Assembly (NCBI GenBank): GCA_002269645.1
Contig: NIVC01000754.1
Location: forward strand, 385,520 to 449,519
From: Macrostomum lignano
Lineage: Eukaryota
Length of the DNA stretch: 64,000 nt
Direction: 5' to 3'
Within the stretch, counting starts at the first letter, position 1; every line of letters starts with the position of its first letter. The notes below the pieces were generated by a model. It ran no database searches, was not told the DNA's origin, and saw only the letters and a list, made by a program, of their open reading frames with translations. Positions 22,801-33,483 of the stretch are shown piece after piece. A program made the translations under genes and the position numbers.

Positions 22801-25351
22801 CGGGTTTGTGTGATATTTCGAGTTTGTGATATTTCGGGTTTGTGTGATATTTCGGTTGTGTGATATTTCGGGTTTGTGTGATATTTCGAGTTTGTGATGT
22901 TTCGGGTTTGTGTGATGTTTCGGGTTTGTGTGATATTTCGGATTTGTGATATTTCGGGTTTGTGATATTTCGGGTTTGTGATAAATCGGGTTTGTGATGT
23001 TTCGGGTTTGTGAGATATTTTAGGTTTGTGATGTTTCGGGTTTGTGTGATATTTCGGGTTTGTGATTTTTCGGGTTTGTGATATTTCGGGTTTGTGTGAT
23101 ATTTCGGGTTTGTGATGGCGACCCGTATTCACTGCACATTCAATTTCTCCACTACTTTTGTTTCGCTCAGGTGCACAGCTTACTGTCGGCAATTTTCACC
23201 TTATTTGTCAGCTGTCAGGTGCTGTCAGCTCGCTGTACACTGCTGTATCTCTGCCTGCACCTCATCTGTATTACGACAGCCTCTCTGCTCGGCCACCTGG
23301 CTGTTTGGCTGTCCATCGGCCTGGCGTTCTGGCAGTTCAGCGGTGCCGCATTTGGCGACAACCATCAGCTGAGATCGGCACTCCAGCTGGACTCAAGAGG
23401 CGCTCACCTGTACTACCCCGTCACTGGCTACCTGTACTGCAGGTTCCTGTCAATGGGACTGTGCCTGGCTGCTAGTCCCGCTTTCCTGTCTGACAGCAAC
23501 CCTGTCAGACGGATAGTCAGATACTTACCGGTGTCTCTGCACTATGCATTCTATCTGCCCAACTTCCTCGGCGCCCCAGTGGTCACTATGGATGAGTTTC
23601 TGCGGCAGAAACAGGCCCCGAACCCCGCCGCTGTTCCAGTCCGCCAGATTTTATCTCGGCTGTTGCGCCTGTGCTTCTGGTTGGCATTTACCGTGTTCGT
23701 GCTGCACTGCTTCCATGCTGGAGCCTACCTGGAGACTCTGGGGATTAGACAGGTGAACTGGTGGTGTATTTTGCAGATCTGGTGCATCTCCATTGATTCC
23801 CAATTTATCATGTTCTTGTTTTCCCGGGGAATTCCACAAGAATCCCGATCTTAGATCCCCACAAGAATCCCGATCTTAGATCCCCACAAGAATCCCGATC
23901 TTAGATCCCTAGAAGAATCCCGATCTTAGATCCCTAGAAGCCATCCCGATCTTAGATCCCCACAAGATCCCGATCTTGGATCCCCACAAGATCCCGATCT
24001 TAGATCCCCAGGAAAGTCCCGATCTCAGATCCCCACAAGAATCCCGATCTCAGATCCCTATGAGAATCCTCGAAATCGAATCGCAAAGCTTTAAATTGCT
24101 AATCTTCTATGTTCTCCCCCTACAGATCCGGCACCGCGGGCCCATAGACCCGGCGCACCTGGGCTTTGCACTGTACACCCGTGGCCAGCTGTTCCACCTG
24201 GAATACCTGCAGTACTACGGCTGGCCGGCGTTGTTCGCCAGCCTGGAGGGAGTCCAGCTGCCACACTGGCCCGCCTGCATCTGTGGCGTGGTCTCCTACA
24301 GGGAGATGTGGCGCCTCTTCGACCGCGGCTTGTTCGCTATCGTCCGCGACCACGTGTACATCCCGCTGGGGGCAGCCGGCTCAGTCTGGGCCGCCAGCTG
24401 CTCGCCACCGCAGCCTCCTTCGGCTTCATCTGCGTTTATCATGGCAACTATGACTCAGTGCAGGTCTGGATACTGCTCAATCTGGGGCTCGTCTGCGCTG
24501 AACTGCTGGCTGTCCGACTCTACAGAACTGCGCTCAGGGAATCTTTGGTGAGAGCCACCATCAGCCTCCCAGATCCTCAGTTGCTGGGCCAGCCTCCCAG
24601 ATCCCCAGTTGCTGAGCCAGTCTCCCAGATCCCCAGTTGCTGAGCCAGTCTCCCAGATCCTCAGTTGCTGGGTCAGCCTCCCAGATCCTCAGTTGCTGAG
24701 CCAGTCTCCCAGAGTGTCAGTTGCTGGGCCAGCCTCCCAGATCCTCAATTGCTGGGCCAGCCTCCCAGATCCTCCGTTGCTGGGCCAGCCTCCCAGAGTG
24801 TCAGTTGCTGGGATTAATCAAATATTGCCGTCACCCTCATCCCGCTCTTCAGCTCCAATGGCTCAGCCCGGCGTGTCTCCGCCGTCTGGTGGCGGCTTTC
24901 GCGGCGGCAAACCTCATTCCGCCTTCGATGGGGATTTTCTTTTTATTCTACGGCACCCCAATTGGGTGGCTGGTGATGAGGGAGATGCTGTGGCTGCCGC
25001 TGACAGGACAAGGTGAGTCCGGTTTGAGTCAGGCGGATAAGTAGTCGATTTGTCGGGTCGAAATGCGACTCAAACAACTGGGGTCAATTCGGGTCAAGCT
25101 ACAAATACATATGTACTTTGATATGTTTGGGACTGATTTAGATCGGGTCAAAGTACTGCAATAAAGGTCAAGTCAGTCAGTCCGGGTGAATTATCATTTG
25201 AGATTACTAACCCAGAGCATTCTGCATTGAAATCAACAAACTTTCAGGCTCCATCAAGGGATTCCTGGTGCTTTATTCCGGCTTCTACTGCACTGTTCAG
25301 CTGGCTTTTGAGTACAAACGGAGGCGAAGCCAAGCTTTGAACAAAGACTAG
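19888..25351 (+). CDS. HHAT: Hedgehog acyltransferase-like MBOAT protein; one 1-nt frameshift at ~24386
   Basis: Exons 19888-20032, ~21430-21490 (boundaries uncertain), 21617-21730, 23171-23752, 24126-24547, 24853-25012, 25248-25351. Motifs LPSIELLAY, YAFYLPNFLGAPVVTMDEF, P.CI...SYREMWRLFDRGL, HVYIPLG, catalytic FICVYHG. Confidence 0.85.
20085..21422 (+). repeat. 28-bp minisatellite CCAGCCTCCCAGATCCTCAGTTGCTGGG (family A), HHAT intron 1
   Basis: About 47 copies with variants; the same unit recurs at three other loci in the window. Confidence 0.97.
21805..23115. repeat. GATATTTCGGGTTT(AT/GT/GTGT) 16-18-bp minisatellite, HHAT intron
   Basis: About 75 copies visible. Confidence 0.97.
23830..24060. 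repeat. 25-bp minisatellite AAGAATCCCGATCTTAGATCCCCAC, HHAT intron
   Basis: About 9 copies visible. Confidence 0.9.
24565..24812 (+). repeat. Family A 28-bp minisatellite, second array in HHAT
   Basis: Same unit as 20085-21422, about 9 copies. Confidence 0.95.
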
Positions 25352-25429
25352 TCGAACAATAAAGACTATTGTTTGTTACAATTGCTTATGTAACATCTAC
25401 TAGATGGTAGATGCTCGAACAAAGACTAC

Positions 25430-25782
25430 AAATAGCTGTTGATGCAGAACACAGACTATAAATAGCTGAGGATCCAGACTAAATACTATAAATAGCTGAG
25501 CATCCAGAACAAAGACTATAAATAGCTGAGGATCCAGAACAAAGACTATAAATAGCTGAGGATCCAGAACAAAGACTATAAATAGCTGAGGATCCAGAAC
25601 AAAGACTATAAATAGCTGAGGATCCAGAACAAAGACTATAAATAGCTGAGGATCCAGAACAAAGACTAAATAGCTGAGGATCTAGGACAAAGACTATAAG
25701 TAGCCGAGGATTAAGAACAAAGACTATACATAGCTGAGGATCCAGGACAGACTATAAATAGCTGGGGATTCAGAACAAAGAC
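25430..25782. repeat. 30-bp tandem repeat GAACAAAGACTATAAATAGCTGAGGATCCA downstream of the HHAT stop
   Basis: About 11 copies visible. Confidence 0.93.
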
Positions 25783-26227
25783 TTAGTGCAGTACGTTAGC
25801 AGTTTACACACAAGGTTTTACCCTGACTTGCATGTTATAACTTCATTTAGTCTAATTATATTTAAACTTTCTTCCTATCAACATTGACTGCACTGCATGT
25901 GAGTTTTGCAATTTTTGCAATTGCAAAAATTACTTCCTCGAATAAAGTACATTGTAAGCATAACTGTTTGTACGAGTATATTTAATTTCGATATAAGTCG
26001 CGTGAATGCTGGCGTGAATTTTTCTAGTTTAATAAATATAATGTCAATGTCAATAAGACAATTTTCAAACAAAGATCTGTTAGTTTTGTTAACTGCTAAA
26101 TTGCATTATAATTGCACAAGTTAGTCACAGTAAATGTAAACATTTTTATTTATGACATCGAGACACTAATTGACAAAATAACCATAGAAAAAAGTATTGA
26201 ATTATACAAAAGCAAAGTGCTTTCATG

Positions 26228-26790
26228 ACTTCTAGGGATCAGGGGTCATGACCTCATGATTCTAGGGATCAGGGGTCATGACCTCATGATTCTAGGGATC
26301 TGGGGTCATGACCTCATGATTCTAGGGATCGGGGGTCATGACCTCATGATTCTAGGGATTAGGGGTCATGACCTCATGATTCTAGGGATTAGGGGTCATG
26401 ACCTCATGATTCTAGGGATCAGGGGTCATGACCTCATGATTCTAGGGATTAGGGGTCATGACCTCATGATTCTAGGGATTAGGGGTCATGACCTCATGAT
26501 TCTAGGGATCAGGGGTCATGACCTCATGATTCTAGGGATCAGGGGTCATGACCTCATGATTCTAGTGATCGGGGGTCATGACCTCATGATTTTAGGGATC
26601 AGGGGTCATGGCCTCATGATTCTAGTGATCGGGGGTCATGACCTCATGATTCTAGGGATCGGGGGTCATGACTCATGATTCTAGGGATCTAGGGTCATGA
26701 CCTCATGATTCTAGGGATCAGGGGCCATGACTCATGATTCTAGGGATCGGGGGTCATGACCTCATGATTCTAGGGATCAGGGGTCATGAC
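26228..26790. repeat. 30-bp minisatellite GATTCTAGGGATCAGGGGTCATGACCTCAT between convergent HHAT and GUF1 3' ends
   Basis: About 19 copies visible. Confidence 0.97.
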
Positions 26791-26850
26791 CCGTGGGTCC
26801 AGAGTCCACAGATCACGAACTACAAAACAGGCAGAACGTCAAATCCAGTC

Positions 26851-29800
26851 TCAAGACTTGAGCACCTTGATGAAAGCGTCGCGAGGAATTTCAACGTTGC
26901 CAACCATTCTTAGGCGTCGCTTGCCTTCGCGTTGAGCGGCCAGAAGCTTCTGTCGCCTAGTCCTGTCCGTGCCGCTTTTCTGCATCAAAATAATTGCAGC
27001 AACGCGTGAAAATGCAGGCCCTCTTATCTTAGATGTCTGATAGTACCCCTCTGAGCGATTTGATTGGCTGCGGCCATGCCTGTCTGTCTTGTCTGCCCCA
27101 AACCCCTCTGAGCGATTTGATTGGCTGCGGCCAAAACTCTATTTGGGTATTTCTGTCTTGGCTGACCCGAACCCTTCTGAGCGATTTGATTGGCTGCAGC
27201 CAAAACTCTATTTGGGTATGTCTGTCTTGGCTGAACCCGAACCCTTCTGAGCGATTTGATTGGCTGCGGCCGATTGTTACAACAGATTTAAGCATTATCT
27301 GGATTTGGAACTCACAATTTTTTGCACAACATCCTTTCTGAACGGCTTGATCTGACTGCTTGCCACCACCTTGTTGTTGCCAGCTTTAATTTGCACTTTG
27401 ATTAGAAACTGCTGTCGAGGCAACTCCTCGGCCAGCTTAGTTGCCATGACAACAGCCCTCTGCCTGGCCCTATCAGCCGGGATCATCAGCGTGAGCTCGT
27501 CCACCGGTCGGTCATTCAGATGAGGCACCAGCTTCACCAGCTGGCAGCTCTGCCAGCCGGCCTCCTCGTAGTGGAAGCTGGCATAGCCGGAACTGCGAGT
27601 TTTCAGCACGTCCACCAGGTCGATGACGATCTCGCTGAGCGGCAGGCGGGCCTCCAACAGGATGCGATCGGAATCGATGTAGGACTGGCTTAGGATGCTG
27701 CCGCGGCGCTCCTGGATTCGGGATGTGGGTCGGTGAGGATTGGAGTGGGTTGGAGAGGATTGGAGCGAGTTGGTGAGGATTGGAGTGGGTTGGAGAGGAT
27801 TGGAGCGGGCTGGAAAGGATTCGAACGAGTTGGAGGATTGGAGCGAGTTGGAGAGGATTGGAGCGGGCTGGAGAGGATTCGAGTGCATCGCAGCGCAGCA
27901 CATGTGCAGCTGGTGGCCAGCGCACTCACCAGCATGAGCTGAGCTACAGCATCCAGATACTTGGCCGGGGTGATGACGGTCGCCCTACACAACGGCTCAA
28001 AGTGCTCGGCCACCTCCGAGTCTGGCGGCATCACGGATGGGCTGGTGACATCAACAATGCTGCCAGAGTGCAGCTGCACTCGGTAGGGAATCGAGGGCGC
28101 GGTCAGGATGACGTCAGCGTTGTACTCCTCCTCCAGGCGCTGCCGGAAGACGTCCATGTGCAGCAGGCCGAGGAAGCCAAGCCGCCAGCCGCGCCCCAAA
28201 GCCGGATTCGAGTCCGGGGCCACCGACACGGATGCGTCGTTGAGGGTGAGCTTGGACAGGGACGCCTCGAGGCTGTCGATGTCCTCTTGGGACACGGGGA
28301 ACAGGCCGCAGAACACCATGGGCTGGGCAGGCTGGAGGGGTCAATTAGGTTGGGAGGTATCCGGGCATGACAAAAACTCGAGCTCCCTAGCAATCCGTCT
28401 CTATTTCCTGAAGATCCGCCCCTAGATTTCTACCAAATCCACCCCTAGATTACCTGAAAATCCGTCCGTAGATTACCAGAAAATCCAAACTAGATTCTCC
28501 GAAATCAGCCCCTAGATTCCCTGAAAATCCGCCCCTAGATTCCCTGAAAATCCGCCCCTAGATTCCCTGAAAATCGCCCCTAGATTCACTGAAAATCCGC
28601 CCCTAGATTCCCTGAAAATCCGCCCCTAGATTCACTGAAAATCCGCCCCTAGATTCCCTGAAAATCCGCCCCTAGATTCACTGAAAATCCGCCCCTAGAT
28701 TCCCCGAAAATCCGCCCCTAGATTCCCCGAAAATCCGCCTCTAGATTCACTGAAAATCCGCCCCTAGATTCCCCGAAAATCCGCCCCTAGATTCCCCGAA
28801 AATCCGCCCCTAGATTCACTGAAAATCCGCCCCTAGATTCCCCGAAAATCCGCCCCTAGATTCCCCGAAAATCCGCCCCTAGATTCCCTGAAAATCGCCC
28901 CTAGATTCCCCGAAAATCCGCCCCTAGATTCCCCGAAAATCCGCCCCTAGATTCCCCGAAAATCCGCCCCTAGATTCCCCGAAAATCCGCCCTAGATTTC
29001 CAAAACATCCGCCCCTAGATTCCTCTAAAATCCGTCCTAAGATTTACTAAAACCCGCCCAGATTCCCCAAAACCTCTCACCTGAAACGGTGTCAACGGCT
29101 CGTCTTTGGAATTTTCATCACTCGAACCGCCCCCGCCTACAACAGTATCGCCAACCAGAGCCTCTCTGGTGCTGCGCATACTACTAATTAAGTAGCCAAC
29201 CAGGCCGCAACTTAGCGAGTCGATGGGCTGCGGCTCGGGCCTGAACACGCCGACCTCTTTAACCGTGTGAGCAATTTTGGGTTGATGCAAGCTGCGAAAT
29301 TCGTCACCAGGTTTTAGGAGGCCGGATTTGGCCGCCACAAGACAGACGGCGCCTTTGTAGGGCTCGAACCAGGAGTCAACGATTAGGCCTTTGAAGCTGG
29401 ACGAGCGGTGGTCGGCTTGATCAGCAGTGGAGGGCGGTGGTATTCGGTGAACAATGGCTTCCAGTAGCTGGTCAATGTTGATGGCCTTTTTGGCTGACAC
29501 CTCAATTACCTGGGAGGAGGGGTTAGGCGAGGGAGATGGTAGATAAGGGTGAGGGAGATGGTAGATAAGGAAGTGAGGTAGATAACGGAATGAGGTAGAT
29601 AAGGGAGTGAGGGAGATAACGGAATGAGGTAGATAAGGGAGTGAGGGAGATAACGGAATGAGGTAGATAAGGGAGTGAGGGAGATAAGGGAGTGAGGTAG
29701 ATAAGGGATTGAGGTAGATAAGGGATTGAGGTAGATAAGGGAGTGAGGTAGATAAGGGATTGAGGTAGATAAGGGATTAAGGCAGATAAGGGATTGAGGT

Positions 29801-30444
29801 AGATAAGGGAGTGGGGTAGATAAGGGAGTGAGGGAGATAAGGGAGTGAGGTAGATAAGGGATTGAGGTAGATAAGGGATTGAGGTAGATAAGGGAGTGAG
29901 GTAGATAAGGGAGTGAGGTAGATAAGGGAGTGAGGTAGATAAGGGAGTGAGGTAGATAAGAACAAGAAATGGTGCAGGCAATTCTCACCTGGTCAGGCTC
30001 AATGCCGAACAAACTCTGGAGCTGTTTTTTCACCTCATCCGGTTTGGCATTGGGCAGGTCGATCTTGTTAATCACAGGTATGATCGGCAGCTCGGCCGTG
30101 AAGGCCAGGAAATAGTTGGCGATGGTCTGCGCCTGAACACCATCGTTGGCGTCAACCAGCAGCACGACGCCGTCCGAAGCGGCCACCGAACGGTGCACTT
30201 CGTGGCTGAAATCCACGTGACCCGGCGTGTCCACCAGGTTGAGCAGGTAGGTGGACCCAGTGCTGGGGGACTGGTAGAACAAGGCGACCGTCTGTGCCTT
30301 GATGGTGATGCCGCGGTCGCGCTCGATTTTCAGCCGGTCCAGCACCTGCTGGTTCTGGGGACCGGCCTGGATGGCGCCTGGGGGCAGGGTTGGGATGCTG
30401 GATGACAGACAGACAGACAGACAGACGGACAGACAGACAGGCAC

Positions 30445-30487
<43 letters not shown>

Positions 30488-30892
30488 CACAGCTCACCAG
30501 TGCACTCCAGCAGTCTATCAGAGAGTGTACTCTTCCCGTGGTCCACATGAGCAATGATGCTGAAGTTGCGAATCAAGCTGGTGTCGAACTTGCTGAGGTC
30601 AAGCGGTGCGGGCTGCAAGGTGTTAATGAAATGCTGAATAGAATTAATTATAAAATCTATTTTTAGAACTCGATGGTCAGAACTAAGCAGAGCGCAGGTC
30701 TCACTTTGCTAGCAGGCTTTGAGAACAGTCGATGCAGAGGTTTAAAAGCGAATTGCAGGGATCTGAAAGCAGACAATAACAGGCCAAGTCAATATTGAAC
30801 AACCTACATACCTGCAGATGAAACTATTTTTAAGTTTACACTGTAAATTCTTACCGCAATAACCTTTCACACCTGCCGCATAGATGAATCAT
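26851..30892 (-). CDS. GUF1: Translation factor GUF1/EF-4 (LepA homolog), mitochondrial type
   Basis: Exons 30612-30498, 30377-29989, 29509-29081, 28322-27930, 27711-27316, 26979-26851, plus tentative 5' exons to ATG ~30892. Motifs [83 protein letters not shown]-terminal [24 protein letters not shown]. Confidence 0.95.
27045..27275. repeat. Four ~60-70-bp units containing CTGAGCGATTTGATTGGCTGC in the last GUF1 intron
   Basis: Copies near 27050, 27110, 27177 and 27247. Confidence 0.85.
27725..27880. repeat. ~20-bp GGATTGGAGCGAGTTGGAGA repeat, GUF1 intron
   Basis: About 7 copies visible. Confidence 0.85.
28415..29020. repeat. 23-bp minisatellite CCGCCCCTAGATTCCCCGAAAAT, GUF1 intron
   Basis: About 25 copies visible. 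Confidence 0.97.
29535..29960. repeat. 17-bp minisatellite GTAGATAAGGGAGTGAG, GUF1 intron
   Basis: About 24 copies visible. Confidence 0.95.
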
Positions 30893-31362
30893 AAGTATTG
30901 AGTAGGAAACGCAGGCTGCAATGGGTGCATTGTTGAGGTTACTCGTTGTTTGATTTTTAGTAAATGATTTCCAATCTTATTGCCGAGAGAAAAAAACAAA
31001 GAAAAAAGAAAATTGAAAAAATATTTTTACTCTTATGAGTGCATCACAAGTTTAATAAACAGAAAGGGCTAATTTACAACAGACTTTACAGAGTAGGAAT
31101 ACAAAGTTACAATTAGTTAGATGCCATTGCATCTTTGCATCAATCAATTGATCAACAAATCAGATCTAATCAATCAATTGATCAATCAAGCTTTATTTCA
31201 TCAATCAATCAATCAATCAATTGATCAACAAAGTTTGATTTGATCAACAAAGTTTGATTTCATCAATCAATCAATCAATCAATTGATCATAAAATCATTC
31301 AATTCAGATTCATCAATCACACCTGGAGCAACGCACCAATGCAAACCGGTGGTCACACAAAG

Positions 31363-32871
31363 TTATTTCTTGGTCTCCTCCTTCGCCGTGGCCTCGGCCT
31401 TGAGCTGACTCAGCACTCCCCTAATAAAATCCCCAGCCTCTCCGAGCTTGGTCGCGTCGATCCCAGTCTCGTATCCGTTGCTGTGCAGCATAGCAACCAC
31501 CGCCTCCGTGGCAACATTGCCCGATGCGCCAGGCCCGGCGTACGGACAGCCGCCCAGGCCGGCCACCGAAGCGTCGATGGTCCTGAGTTCGAATCTGAGC
31601 GCGGCGGAAATATTCGCCAAAGCCTGACCGTTGGTGTTGTGACAGTGAGCGGCCAGGTGGGTGGGGCGCAGGCCGGAGTTCAGCAGACTCTCGAGCAGGC
31701 GGCTCATCGTGTCCGGCGTGCCGACTCCGATGGTGTCGCCGAGGGAGACCTCGTAGCAGCCGAGCTCGAGGAGGCGGTGGGCCACGGAGGTGACCGCCGA
31801 GTGGCTGACCTTGCCCTGGTAGGGGCAGCCGAGGACGCAGGAGACATAGCCGCGGAGCGGCACCCTTGTGTATGTGGGGGCGGGGCAGGTGAGGCAGTTG
31901 CTAGGGAGGTTCTGTTAGTTACTTTTTAAGTCACCACCGCAAGTCGCAAGCAAAGTGTCTGGTCAGGAGTTCTGTTCTCAGGGGATGTTTACTCAGGAGA
32001 GAGGAATGTGCTCAGGACTGCGGAGTGTGCTCAGGAGTAAGGGGTTTTCTCAGGAGTGTGCTCAGAAGCGAGATGTGTGCTCAGAAGTGTGCTCAGGAGT
32101 GTGCTCAGAAGCGAGATGTGTGCTCAGAAGCGAGATGTGTGCTCAGAAGCGAGATGCGTGCTCAGAAGCGAGATGTGTGCTCAGAAGCGAGATGTGTGCT
32201 CAGAAGCGAGATGTGTGCTCAGAAGCGAGATGTGTGCTCAGAAGCGAGATGTGTGCTCAGAAGCGAGATGCGTGCTCAGAAGCGAGATGTGTGCTCAGGA
32301 GTAAGGGCTTTTTTCAGTAGTGTGCTCAGGATTGAGTGTGCTCAGGAGTGAGGAGTGTGCTCAGAAGTGTACTCAGGAGTGAGGAGTGTGTTCAGAACTG
32401 TGCTCAGGAGTGAGGAGTGTGCTCAGGAGCCGACACTCACTTGGCCTTCAAAGCAGCCTCGGCCACGGGCTTGAACCGCCGCAGGCTCTCCTCAACATCG
32501 CAGTTGACGTTGCGCCTAGAGAAAGCCTCAGACGCGGCGCCAAAGACGGCCACCTCGTCGGCGCCGGCAGCCAGGGCGGCTTCGAAGCCGCGCAGATTCG
32601 GGGTCAGGGCGGCGTACACCACGCCGGGTTTCTTGGAAATGCCGCCCAGCACCGCGTCGCTGCTGGCCATCTGCGGCACCCACTTGCCCGACACGAAGCT
32701 GCCGGCCTCGATTTTTGTCAGGCCACTGGCCGACAGCAGGTCCACCAGGCGGATTTTGGCCGCCAGCGGCACCGGCTGCTTCTCGTTCTGCAGCCCGTCG
32801 CGGGGCCCCACCTCGTACACTGTGACCCTGCCACGGCCCCTGGCCTGCCCGCTTAGCAACCGGCGAAGCAT
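31363..32871 (-). CDS. HMGCL: Hydroxymethylglutaryl-CoA lyase (~310 aa)
   Basis: Exons 32871-32441 (AA|GTGAGT) and 31864-31363, phase 2. Motifs YEVGPRDGLQNE, IEAGSFVSGKWVPQM, RGYVSCVLGCPY, EVSLGDTIGVGTP, HCHNT, GLGGCPY..ASGNVATE. Confidence 0.97.
32040..32430. repeat. 19-bp GAGATGTGTGCTCAGAAGC and related repeats, HMGCL intron
   Basis: Directly visible. Confidence 0.93.
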
Positions 32872-32929
32872 GGATGGGGCTTCGGGGAGGGCAAACTGGC
32901 TGATGCGGCTGACTGGATGCTGCGGGTTG

Positions 32930-33160
32930 AATAGATAGATAGATTAGATAGATAGATAGATAGATAGATGGATGGATGGATAGATAGATAGATAGATATA
33001 TGGATAGATAGATAGATGGATATATAAGATAAATGGATAGATAGATAGATGGATGGATAGATAGATAGATGGATAGGTAGACAGACAGATAGATAGATAG
33101 CTAGATAGATAGCTAGATAGATAGATGGATAGATAGACAGATAGAAAGATAGACAGATAG
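32930..33160. repeat. (ATAG)n microsatellite upstream of HMGCL
   Basis: Directly visible. Confidence 0.95.
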
Positions 33161-33483
33161 CAAGTCTTGGCCAAAAGAAAAAAGCAATAAGCAGCACTCA
33201 TTGATAATAAATGCGTCTGTTAAAGAACAATTTTACGAATTTCACAATAGATGCGTCATATTTTGATATTTATTTGGTACATATCATCAATAAATATTGA
33301 ACTATTATCCAGTGTAAACTGTATAAATATGCTGACACGAGCTAAAAGTAAATCAAATAACTGATCTGCAGTCATCGGGAAGGATAGAAGGACTTGAAAC
33401 AGTCACGCCCAAACCGTTGAACCCTGAGTACAGGGTGCACATCGGCCCCGACTTTCTTATCTCCAGCTGAGCACACAACTCAG

